24,000 nt of DNA from Clostridium sp. (GCF_051278035.1 NZ_JBNMNU010000014.1:1-24000); one strand, 5' to 3'. Numbered from the stretch's first letter, positions 1 to 8,104 are shown. A program made the numbers and translations. The notes: generated by a model from the sequence alone, not told the origin.

Positions 1-534
1 CAACTGAATGTTCTCACATTCCACATTAAAACTTACGAAATACTTACCACTAGGTACTTTAGATATGGTGGCAAATAATATCTTGCCGATAAATTTTCTG
101 TGAAGTTTGGCCTTTATTGTGCCAAGCTTAGGCAATTATACTAAATTATCATCAAACTTTACTTTAATATTATTGTTAGTGAAATTGGTCATGTAAGAAT
201 AATTGTGGTCATGTTTTGATTTAAATTTAGGGAATCCTGAGTGTTCTTTAAAAAACTTTTTATAAGAACTATCTAAATTATATATTGAATTAGTTAAAGC
301 AAATTTATCCACATCTTTAAGCCATATAAATTCTTTTTTAAGCACTCGATTACAATAATTATTACAATCTATTTTAGACAAATATTTTTTGTCGACTTTA
401 TACGAATTTATTTTTTTAGATAATATTTGATTATATACAAATCTACAGCATCCAAAGGTTTTACCCATCTGATTTTTTTGTTGTTCGGTAGGATATATTC
501 TATATTTAAAGCCTTTTAACATAGATAAATTCAC
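1..534 (-). pseudogene. tnpB: TnpB (OrfB) RNA-guided endonuclease, N-terminal part, interrupted by an in-frame TAA at 136..138 and truncated by the window edge
   Basis: ORF 136..534 starts MNLSMLKGFKYRIYPTEQQKNQMGKTFGCCRFVYNQ, a canonical TnpB N-terminus. After the TAA the same frame continues LPKLGTIKAKLHRKFIGKILFATISKVPSGKYFVSFNVECENIQL down to position 1, which is the typical TnpB 'LPKIG..KAK.HR' segment. Confidence 0.85.
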
Positions 535-668
535 CTTCTTTCATCACTTGATTATACCATGCAAACATAGTACTATCAACGTTTAGTATATGTTATTTGA
601 CCATATTTTATACAATAGAACCTAACACCACTAACTCATGACTGAAGTCACGAGAGTGCGTGGTGAGT
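1..668 (-). mobile_element. IS200/IS605-family insertion sequence (tnpB-only, IS1341-like): left end plus the 5' part of tnpB. It continues past the window start.
   Basis: tnpB on the minus strand is preceded by a ~135-nt non-coding end (535..~668). This end carries nested imperfect palindromes: caccac 626..631 / gtggtg 660..665 around ctcatgac-tgaa-gtcacgag 635..654. That resembles the subterminal hairpins of IS200/IS605 ends. No tnpA lies between the end and tnpB. The neighbouring DUF58 frame loses family-like sequence at ~665-670, which places the junction. The right end and omega-RNA region are outside the window. Confidence 0.65.
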
Positions 669-831
669 CTTCAATAGTTGTAGTTAATGTGAATTCTTCA
701 TGTGGTTTCATTCTATTTTTATTGATACTTCTAGTTATTTTAAGATTAGAAAAGCCTTTTCTTCGTGTAAACTCACCGATTAAAGCGATAATAGCAACTA
801 TGGAAAGCATTAAAGCAAATCGTATAAACAT
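631..831 (-). pseudogene. DUF58-family protein (MoxR partner). Only the N-terminal ~55 codons remain; the 3' part was removed by the IS insertion.
   Basis: An N-terminal TM helix is followed by LKITRSINKNRMKPHEEFTLTTTIED, the DUF58 'v.R.l...r...Ge.v.v.l.v.N' start. It lies 10 nt downstream of moxR with its own GGGGGAG SD, matching the conserved moxR-DUF58 gene order. The last ~11 codons (SPRTLVTSVMS*) are read from IS-end sequence. Confidence 0.6.
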
Positions 832-841
832 AACTCTCCCC

Positions 842-1789
842 CTACAAGATTTCTAATGGAGCTTTAATAGTACTTATTATTTCCTCTATAATTGATTTAC
901 TCTTATTTCCTGAACTAAGTTCGTTTTCAAGCATTAATCTATGACTTAAAATGGGGATTGCCAGTTCCTTAACATCCTCAGGAATTACGTAGTCTCTTCC
1001 GCGTATAGCAGCAAGCGCTTGACTTCCCTTCATCATGTTTAGTGTGGCGCGAGGGCTACAACCAAGTTCCACTTCTCTATGACTTCTTGTAGCCTTTACT
1101 ATTTCAATTATGTAATCTTTTATTTCTTCGCCTACATGTACCATAGTATAATTATTTTGAACATAAGTTATGTCCTCCATAGTAACCACGGCCGTAAGCT
1201 CAGAAAGAGGATCCACTTTCATAAATCTATTCATCATTATCTTCTCTTCACTTGAATCCGGATAGCCCATGGAAATTTTCATGAAAAATCTATCTAGTTG
1301 TGCTTCTGGAAGCGGAAAAGTTCCAAACTGTTCCACTGGATTTTGAGTAGCTATTACGAAAAATGGCCTTTCAAGTTTTATTGTATTGCCCTCCACAGTT
1401 ATCTGCCCCTCTTCCATACACTCTAAAAGTGCTGACTGTGTTCTAGGTGTAGCTCTATTAATTTCATCAGCTAAAACAAATTAGCTTAACAGCGGCCCAG
1501 ACCTAAACTCAAAGTCCTCTTTCTTTTGGTTATAATAATATATCCCTGTTAAATCTGAAGGTAGCAAATCTGGAGTGAACTGTATCCTCTTAAAACTGCA
1601 ATTCATAGTTCTTGAAAGACTTTTTGCAAGCTTAGTTTTCCCAAGTCCAGGAACATCCTCAATAAGCACATGCCCAGAACATATAAAACACACTATAACT
1701 TTCTCAATAGTATCCTCTTTACCCACTATAACTTTACCCACATTATCCACAATCATAGTTCTAAATTCCTCAAATTTCTTTGTATCCAT
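842..1789 (-). pseudogene. MoxR-family AAA+ ATPase with one in-frame TAA at 1481..1483
   Basis: ORFs 1481..1789 and 842..1417 are in the same frame. Translating across the gap gives ...[41 protein letters not shown].... Walker A is GLGKT, Walker B is LADEINRA, and ATQNP...LPEAQLDRF is also present. Read through, the length would be 315 codons, normal for MoxR. Confidence 0.85.
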
Positions 1790-1923
1790 TACTTAGCCTC
1801 CCTTAACTTCTATTGTTTATTTCCAAAATTTTTTAATGTAAATATATGATTTATTTTAACATACTTTGCCATTGTTTCGTACCAATTATTACTATTTTCA
1901 ACAAATAAATATTCTCGTATACT

Positions 1924-1957
1924 AAAAAAACTTCACCACTGAAGGTAAAGTTTTTTT
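1924..1957 (-). terminator. Rho-independent terminator after the 1960..2418 gene
   Basis: aaaaaaacttcacc / ggtaaagttttttt stem (one mismatch) with loop actgaa. The A and T runs are part of the arms. It starts 3 nt past the stop codon. Confidence 0.6.
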
Positions 1958-1959
1958 GA

Positions 1960-2418
1960 CTATAGTATATTTAAAAAAGCAGGAAAAGCTAAACTTAAAG
2001 CAGTAACAATAATTCCACATATAAATGATCCTATAACTGCACACATAATGGATTTTTTAAAATCTAACTTTAAAAAAGCAGCTATGGCAGTTCCAGTCCA
2101 AACCCCTGTAGTAGGAAGTGGTATGGCAATAAAAGTTATTAATGCAATTTCTTCAAACCTTTCAAATTTAGCTTTATTCTTATTTATTTTTCTATCAATT
2201 AGATTGTAAAAACCTCTAAATAACTTATATTTTCCTAAAAAGTCAAATATTTTATTGAAAAATATTAGTATAAACGGAACGGGAAGCAAACTTCCGACAA
2301 ATGATAAAAAGAACACTGTTAGTGGATTAATGTTATACGTGTATATTCCAATGGGTATAGCCCCTTTCATCTCCACTAGAGGAACTGCTGACCATAGTAA
2401 AACTATTAACCAATTCAT
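1960..2418 (-). CDS. Small multidrug-export-like membrane protein (COG2426 / PF06695-type)
   Basis: 152-aa polytopic membrane protein. The motifs VPLVEMKGAIPIG and IPLPTTGVWTGTAIA are typical of this family, recalled from memory. It lies 30 nt downstream of degV, so it is probably co-transcribed. Confidence 0.6.
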   Translation of the reverse strand: MNWLIVLLWSAVPLVEMKGAIPIGIYTYNINPLTVFFLSFVGSLLPVPFILIFFNKIFDFLGKYKLFRGFYNLIDRKINKNKAKFERFEEIALITFIAIPLPTTGVWTGTAIAAFLKLDFKKSIMCAVIGSFICGIIVTALSLAFPAFLNIL

Positions 2419-2448
2419 ATATTATCTCCTTAAATATAAATTATACTT

Positions 2449-3339
2449 TTAAATATCAACTACATGATGTTGTCTTTCCGCACCAACAAAAAACACTGCC
2501 AGTGCACCTGGTCCACTAAATCTTCCCACTACTGGTCCGATATAGTGAATAAGCACTTCATTAACCTGAACGTTTGCAAGTATTTCCTCTTTAAGTTTTA
2601 CAGCTTCATCAAAACAATCGCCATGACATATAGCTATAGTTTGCGACGCAGGATTTTTAATCCTTTCCGCAACTATTTCAGCTAGCTTAGTTATGGATTT
2701 CTTACGCCCTCTAACCTTTAGTACAGGAATAACGAATCCTTCATGATTAAGCGTAAGTATAGGCTTTATATGTAGTACTAGACCTAAGGTAGCCGCTACA
2801 TTAGAAATTCTTCCGCCTCTTTTCAAAAAGTTCAAGTCCTCTACAGTAATATAAGTGTTTAGATTCGGAATATCTTTTTCTATTTCCCTTACAATTTCCT
2901 CTGCAGTATTGCCTTCCTTTTTCATTTGCACCGCTTTCATAATCATAAGCCCTTGTCCTAGCGATGCTGTTAACACATCAAGGATATATATTCGAGCACT
3001 CGGAAACTCTTCTAATATAGAAGTCTTAGCAATATTAGCACTATTATAAGTACCACTAAGACCCGATGAAACTCCAATATAAATTACATCCCTTCGAAGT
3101 TCAGCAGCTGGTTTGAAAATATTATAAAAGCTTTCAGAATTTGCCTGAGAGGTATTAGGCAATGCCCCAGCCCTAAGGTCATCAAAAAACTGTTTTTGAC
3201 TTACACTTTGTCCCAAATCATCTAAATACTCCTTATCATTATAACTAAATGGTAACATAGCGAATGGAATTTTATTACTATAAATGTAATCACTTGGCAA
3301 ATCACAACAAGAATCTGTCATAATAGCGAAATCTCTCAT
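2449..3339 (-). CDS. DegV family fatty-acid-binding protein
   Basis: 296 aa. Starts MRDFAIMTDSCCDLP and contains SSGLSGTYNSA and ...TLGLVLHIKPIL, the classic DegV layout. Confidence 0.9.
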   Translation of the reverse strand: MRDFAIMTDSCCDLPSDYIYSNKIPFAMLPFSYNDKEYLDDLGQSVSQKQFFDDLRAGALPNTSQANSESFYNIFKPAAELRRDVIYIGVSSGLSGTYNSANIAKTSILEEFPSARIYILDVLTASLGQGLMIMKAVQMKKEGNTAEEIVREIEKDIPNLNTYITVEDLNFLKRGGRISNVAATLGLVLHIKPILTLNHEGFVIPVLKVRGRKKSITKLAEIVAERIKNPASQTIAICHGDCFDEAVKLKEEILANVQVNEVLIHYIGPVVGRFSGPGALAVFFVGAERQHHVVDI

Positions 3340-3550
3340 TTACATCCACCCCCCTTTTTCTTTAGTGTCGTTTTATTTGAATAACAGTTCAAAAGAACCT
3401 AAAATTTCTATTAATTATTAGTTAATTACCTAAAAACTATATCATAAAAAGCACCTACTGTAAAACAAAATAGTTGGATTTTTTATTAACATATTACTGT
3501 CGTGCCAAGGGGGTTTAGTCATAAAAATGGACTTAAATGGTAATTTTTTA

Positions 3551-3579
3551 TTGCTTTCTAAATATTACTATATTATACT
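3551..3579 (+). promoter_or_regulatory. Candidate sigma-A promoter for the flavodiiron gene
   Basis: TTGCTT (3551..3556), 17-nt spacer, TATACT (3574..3579), ~50 nt upstream of the ATG. The AT-rich background makes chance matches likely. Confidence 0.35.
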
Positions 3580-3585
3580 ATAAAT

Positions 3586-3613
3586 AATAATTATTGTTTT
3601 AGAATAATTATTA
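3586..3613. promoter_or_regulatory. Two copies of the 10-bp palindrome AATAATTATT; the second lies inside a PerR/Fur-family-like 7-1-7 box
   Basis: AATAATTATT occurs at 3586..3595 and 3603..3612, centres 17 bp apart, between the candidate -10 and the SD. ttagaataattatta (3599..3613) matches the B. subtilis PerR box TTATAATnATTATAA at 12/14 positions. Confidence 0.4.
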
Positions 3614-3627
3614 AAGGAGAGATGTAA

Positions 3628-6168
3628 ATGAAGGCATTAGAAGTTAAAAAAGATATATACTGGGTTGGAGCATTAGACCCTAAACTTAGAATTTTCGATA
3701 TAATTATGTACACCCCTTTTGGTACTACTTATAACTCTTATTTAGTTAAAGGCAGTGAAAAAACTGCAGTATTTGAAACAGTAAAAGAGAGGTTTTTCGA
3801 TGAATATTTAGAAAGATTAAAATCATTAGATGTTAATATAGAGGCTATTGATTACATAGTAGTAGATCATACGGAGCCAGATCATGCAGGCTCAGTTGGA
3901 AAACTATTAGAAATTTCTAAAAATGCCAAAGTTGTAGGCTCCGCTGCTGCAATTGAATTCCTTAAGGATATTATAAATAAAAATTTCGAGTACATAATTG
4001 TAGGAGACGGAGATACTATAAGTCTCGGAAATAAGACCTTATCCTTTGTATCTGCACCATTTCTTCACTGGCCAGATTCCATTTATACATACGTTGAAGA
4101 AGATAAGCTGCTTATAACATGTGATTCGTTTGGAAGTCATTACTGTAATGAAAATATGTATAATGATTTAAATGAAAATAAGGATGATTATAATGAATCA
4201 CTAAAATATTACTTTGACTGTATTATGGCACCCTTTAAACCATATGTATTAAAAGCTATAGACAAAATAAAGGACCTGAAAGTAGACATAATATGTCCCG
4301 GCCATGGTCCTATTTTAAGAGAAGACCCATGGAGTATAGTAAATAAATACAAAGAGTGGAGTCTACCAGAAGAAACTTCCTTAGAGCCACAAGTTACCAT
4401 ATGCTACGTTTCTGCTTATGGATATACTGAATCGATAGCTAAAAAAATAGAAAAAGGTATAAGCTCCCATTGCGATTTCAAGGTTAACACCTTTGATGTT
4501 ATATATCATGATATAAAAGACATTTTAGAAAGTATAGATAAATCTGAAGGGATAATTTTCGGTTCTCCTACTATAAACTCAGACGCTTTAGAACCTATAT
4601 GGGATATACTAACAAAACTTAACCCTATAGTTCATGGTGGAAAAGTAGCCTCTGCATTCGGTTCATATGGTTGGAGTGGAGAAGCTGTTCCAAATATTGA
4701 GGATAGATTAAAACAAATTAAATTAGATTTATATCCTTCCATGAATTTCAAATTTAAACCATCAGAAGATGATTTAAACTTTGCATATAAATTTGGAGAG
4801 TCATTCGCTGAAAAAATATCTAAAAAGATAAAAATGAAAAATCGTCCTACTAAACCTTCTACAGAAAAAAGATGGAAATGTTTAGTTTGTAATGAAGAAT
4901 TTGATGGACCAAAACCACCCGATATCTGTCCTGTTTGCGGTGCAGGTGCTGATCAATTCATCCAAATATCCGAAGACGTAGTAACCTTTTCTTCTGACAA
5001 GAAAGAAAAATTTCTAATCATTGGTAACGGGGCTGCTGGATATTATGCTGCAGATGCAATAAGAAAAAGAAATAAAGAGTGCAGTATTGAAATAATCTCA
5101 GATGAACCCTACTTAACCTACTATAGACCTTCTATTTCTGATGGAATAAGTGAAGACCTTAAAGACGAGAGTTTCTACCTATCTCCGAAAGAGTGGTATG
5201 AGGATAATAACATAAGCCTTAACCTAGGAGTAAAGGTTCAAAACTTAAACCCTGAGAAAAAACAAATATTACTTATGGACGGAACGGCTATAGGTTATGA
5301 CAAACTCATACTAGCAAATGGTAGTAAAAACTTTATGATTCCCGTACCAGGAGTGGAAAAAGAAGGTGTATTCACTTTAAGAAATCTAAAAGACTTACAG
5401 GCTATTAAAAATAAAATGAACACAGCTAAAAAAGTAGTAATTGTAGGAGGTGGACTTTTAGGACTTGAAGCTGCCGCTGAAATTAAAAGCGCTGGTCTTG
5501 ATGTTGCCGTAGTGGAATTTAGCGATTCTCTACTTATAAAACAACTAGATAGTGAAGGTAGCCTTATACTTAAAACTGCAGTTGAAAGCCAAAACATCGA
5601 AGTTATGCTCTCTGATTCTGTAGAAGTTATACAGGGGGAAACTTCTGTTACCTCTGTTAAATTAAAAAGCGGAAAAATACTAGATGCAGACTTAGTGTTA
5701 TTTTCAACAGGTATTGCACCAAACAAAAATATAGCCGATAACACCAATATAATTACAAATAAAGGCATAATAATAAATGAAAATATGGAAACTAATATTA
5801 AAGATATATATGCCTGCGGAGACATAGCAGAATTTGACGGTAGAGTATATGGAAATTGGCCTGCCGCTATAGAAATGGGAAAAGTCGCCGGTATGAACGC
5901 AGTAGGTGATCATAAAATCTACGTACCATCCCTAGGCGTAATTTCCTTCAACGCTATGGATCTTTCACTATTATCTGTAGGTGAAATAGCCAAAAATGCA
6001 TATAAAGCTATTAGCACAAATGATACCGAAAACAAAATATACAAAAAACTATTCTTCACTGAAGATATAATAACGGGCGGCATAATAATAGGAGATAACA
6101 AAGCTTCATCAAAATTAATAAGTGACATCGAAGATTCAAAATCACTAAAAGAAGTGCTTGTCCTATAA
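3628..6168 (+). CDS. Multidomain flavodiiron protein: metallo-beta-lactamase-like diiron domain, flavodoxin, rubredoxin and NAD(P)H:rubredoxin oxidoreductase (O2/NO reductase)
   Basis: 846 aa. N-terminus has the HTEPDH diiron motif. A flavodoxin-like block follows (GSPTINSDAL...GSYGWSGEA). The rubredoxin module is WKCLVCNEEF...CPVCG (about 4870..4960). Then come FLIIGNGAAGYYAA (FAD) and VVIVGGGLLGLEAA (NAD) Rossmann motifs. Strong SD AAAGGAGA. Confidence 0.9.
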   Translation: MKALEVKKDIYWVGALDPKLRIFDIIMYTPFGTTYNSYLVKGSEKTAVFETVKERFFDEYLERLKSLDVNIEAIDYIVVDHTEPDHAGSVGKLLEISKNAKVVGSAAAIEFLKDIINKNFEYIIVGDGDTISLGNKTLSFVSAPFLHWPDSIYTYVEEDKLLITCDSFGSHYCNENMYNDLNENKDDYNESLKYYFDCIMAPFKPYVLKAIDKIKDLKVDIICPGHGPILREDPWSIVNKYKEWSLPEETSLEPQVTICYVSAYGYTESIAKKIEKGISSHCDFKVNTFDVIYHDIKDILESIDKSEGIIFGSPTINSDALEPIWDILTKLNPIVHGGKVASAFGSYGWSGEAVPNIEDRLKQIKLDLYPSMNFKFKPSEDDLNFAYKFGESFAEKISKKIKMKNRPTKPSTEKRWKCLVCNEEFDGPKPPDICPVCGAGADQFIQISEDVVTFSSDKKEKFLIIGNGAAGYYAADAIRKRNKECSIEIISDEPYLTYYRPSISDGISEDLKDESFYLSPKEWYEDNNISLNLGVKVQNLNPEKKQILLMDGTAIGYDKLILANGSKNFMIPVPGVEKEGVFTLRNLKDLQAIKNKMNTAKKVVIVGGGLLGLEAAAEIKSAGLDVAVVEFSDSLLIKQLDSEGSLILKTAVESQNIEVMLSDSVEVIQGETSVTSVKLKSGKILDADLVLFSTGIAPNKNIADNTNIITNKGIIINENMETNIKDIYACGDIAEFDGRVYGNWPAAIEMGKVAGMNAVGDHKIYVPSLGVISFNAMDLSLLSVGEIAKNAYKAISTNDTENKIYKKLFFTEDIITGGIIIGDNKASSKLISDIEDSKSLKEVLVL

Positions 6169-6303
6169 TTGCCGCCTAAATATAAGATAAAATCCACAAT
6201 ATCTCTTATATTATCTTTTATATATTAACTTCCAACTATCTCATAGTATTTCATGTACACAAAAAGTCTAACATAATAAAAATAGTTTATTATGAAAAAA
6301 GGA

Positions 6304-6477
6304 GGACTTTTTATGGGACATAAGAAACATAATAAGAATGATTATCTTAATCCTGAACGTGATAGAATAGAAAAATCAAATAGAAAAAAAGAATTGGAAA
6401 ATATGAGCTCTGTTAAAGTAGAAAATGCGAAAGACATTCAGGAAAAAAGCGGAGTAAAAATGAAAGGATTTTATTAA
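6304..6477 (+). CDS. Small, highly charged hypothetical protein (~57 aa)
   Basis: The ORF track starts at 6292, but AAAGGAGG sits 7 nt before the ATG at 6304. The sequence is Lys/Glu/Asn-rich with no TM segment and is followed directly by a strong terminator. No family recognised. Confidence 0.45.
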   Translation, partial: GLFMGHKKHNKNDYLNPERDRIEKSNRKKELENMSSVKVENAKDIQEKSGVKMKGFY

Positions 6478-6482
6478 AACCA

Positions 6483-6533
6483 AGAAAGTTAAAACCGTCA
6501 AAATCCTAAGGATTTTGACGGTTTTAACTTTCT
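6483..6533. terminator. Bidirectional terminator between convergent genes
   Basis: agaaagttaaaaccgtcaaaatcc...ggattttgacggttttaactttct forms a ~23-bp perfect stem. Confidence 0.8.
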
Positions 6534-6543
6534 ACGCAGGTTT

Positions 6544-7239
6544 TTATTTTCTACGCAATATTTTATTTCTTTTTTTAATTTTCTTAGTTTGGATAGTATC
6601 TGCAACTTGTAAATCTGTTTTAAACGGATATTTAGAAATAATTTCCCTTTTCACAATCTTAAGGTGCTCTTGATTAATCACATATCTATCTCCATTCTCT
6701 CTCTCTATAAGAAAAGTCCGGGGATAGTATACTCCTCGTTTCTCGTCCCTCTCAACACCTAGATGAATCCTACGCTCGAATACCGTATCATACAATATAA
6801 ATTCACAAGATATCCTAGAACGAAGTAAATTATTACTGAATTTTATAATTTCACAATTCCGCAATAATTTATACAGATATGTGAAACAAAGAATCTTGTC
6901 CTTATCCCTAGCAAACTTTCTTGAATCTATACTTCTTAATTTTTTTATAGTTATGTCGCCATTGAAAACACCTACATAACCATTTTCTCCACCATAAAAT
7001 TTGCTTAGCTTATAAGGAACTATATGTTGAAAGCCCATTAAATGGCAAAAGTTCACATCCAAAAATTCTAGTTTTATTGTACTTTTATCTTCAAGTTCGA
7101 ACAAATATATGCTCGGACAAATATATATATCATAAAACTCCTGAAGGAGCTTTAGTGAAATCTCAGAAATCTTAGGTATTCTAGTTAAATTAAATAATTC
7201 ATCTGTCGTTAGCATAATCCACCCCATAAGAAAACTCAT
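6544..7239 (-). CDS. Hypothetical protein; possible PBECR-type (Barnase/EndoU/ColicinE5-D/RelE-like) nuclease
   Basis: 231-aa ORF. The block IKLEFLDVNFCHLMGFQHI resembles the 'F.HL.G' core I associate with PBECR4-like nucleases (memory only). The C-terminus is very basic (KKIKKRNKILRRK). The start codon is uncertain (ATGs at 7239, 7227, 7215; none has a strong SD). Confidence 0.55.
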   Translation of the reverse strand: MSFLMGWIMLTTDELFNLTRIPKISEISLKLLQEFYDIYICPSIYLFELEDKSTIKLEFLDVNFCHLMGFQHIVPYKLSKFYGGENGYVGVFNGDITIKKLRSIDSRKFARDKDKILCFTYLYKLLRNCEIIKFSNNLLRSRISCEFILYDTVFERRIHLGVERDEKRGVYYPRTFLIERENGDRYVINQEHLKIVKREIISKYPFKTDLQVADTIQTKKIKKRNKILRRK

Positions 7240-7573
7240 ATTTAAAAAAATATCCTCATTATAAATATTTTAAAATACCCTATGAAAATACTAAAGTCTC
7301 AACTTCTAAAAGTTAAGACTCAAAAATTCATATATTATAATAAGATGAACAGCATATTAGTACTTTATGCCCTAATCGGCTAAGCTCCTAGTATATTTAT
7401 TGTCCCCTAGGCGAGAGTGCGGGGCTGTTCGCTTATTCCCTCACAAGACTTAAATTTTTTCAAGTCTATGTGTACATTATACTCCTTTTAAATGAGTAGT
7501 ACAAGAATTAAATTCCGCTAGATAATAGTATAAGAGTTTTATGAAACGGGAAATATATTGCTGAGGTGACGCA

Positions 7574-8104
7574 ATGTTATTTAAAAACTTTATATTTTCA
7601 TTTATTATTGTACTTTTATTAGTTTCAAGCTCTGTATGTAAAGCAGATACCAGAAATACTGTTAAAATGGGTATTACTTCGTACAATATTAATAATCATA
7701 TTTATAAAGAAACTGTAACTTCACAACAACTCAAATCTCAAATAAAGTTCTTTAAAGATGCCTTAGACCAATTTGTAGCAACAAGTCCTAAACAAGTTAT
7801 TGAACTATGGATTAAGGGTTTTGAAGAACGTAATGGGGTTTTGCAATACTCTGTGTTTTGCGACAAAATAAAGGATAAGTTCGTTAAAAACCTAGGAGAA
7901 GCATCAAATTCCTTTTGGATTATAGGAGGCTCAAGTCCGTCGTTGCAGAAGTATGAAATAGTAAGTAATAAGAGATTAAGTGATTCCGCTTATGAAATAA
8001 CTGTTAAATTAACCTGGGTAGCAACTAAATATAAAAAGTCAGAGAAAATGACTCTTACTATTGTAAAAGAAAAAAATAAATGGTGCATTGAGAATATAAG
8101 ATGA
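7574..8104 (+). CDS. Secreted hypothetical protein (signal peptide)
   Basis: 176 aa. The N-terminal hydrophobic segment ends ...SSSVCKA-D. SD GAGGTGA lies upstream. No family recognised. Confidence 0.7.
   Translation: MLFKNFIFSFIIVLLLVSSSVCKADTRNTVKMGITSYNINNHIYKETVTSQQLKSQIKFFKDALDQFVATSPKQVIELWIKGFEERNGVLQYSVFCDKIKDKFVKNLGEASNSFWIIGGSSPSLQKYEIVSNKRLSDSAYEITVKLTWVATKYKKSEKMTLTIVKEKNKWCIENIR

Noticed and set aside
638-856. Antisense ORFs listed in the six-frame track: 638..856, 1575..1796, 2255..2452, 2464..2685, 2855..3049, 4209..4400, 5295..5825, 5704..5913, 5919..6197, 7477..7686, 12846..13628 set, 14847..15119, 15885..16214, 16887..17168, 17448..17684, 18781..19068, 19252..19443, 20254..20451, 21033..21230, 21847..22399 set, 22759..23025, 23386..23580.
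   Set aside because: Each lies opposite a longer ORF with clear family signatures or an SD. They have low-complexity, Ser/Leu/Ile/Phe-rich composition typical of shadow frames, and they lack ribosome-binding sites.
6525-6560. The short direct repeat ttctacgca(g/a) around the stop codon of the 6544..7239 gene shares acgcagg with the right terminus of the hairpin elements.
   Set aside because: Only 7-9 nt are shared, with no adjoining arm or core sequence. This is compatible with chance or a small local duplication.
7366-7445. Known riboswitch classes for the GC-rich island: fluoride crcB-like (gctaagctcctag vs GCUGAUG..CCUAC), glycine, or guanidine-I.
   Set aside because: Only short partial resemblances exist. 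The defining conserved segments are absent, and the downstream gene (a secreted protein of unknown function) does not fit those regulons.
7240-7480. A ToxI-like type III antitoxin repeat array upstream of the nuclease-like gene.
   Set aside because: No tandem direct repeats are present. Only isolated hairpins and one GC-rich island are seen.
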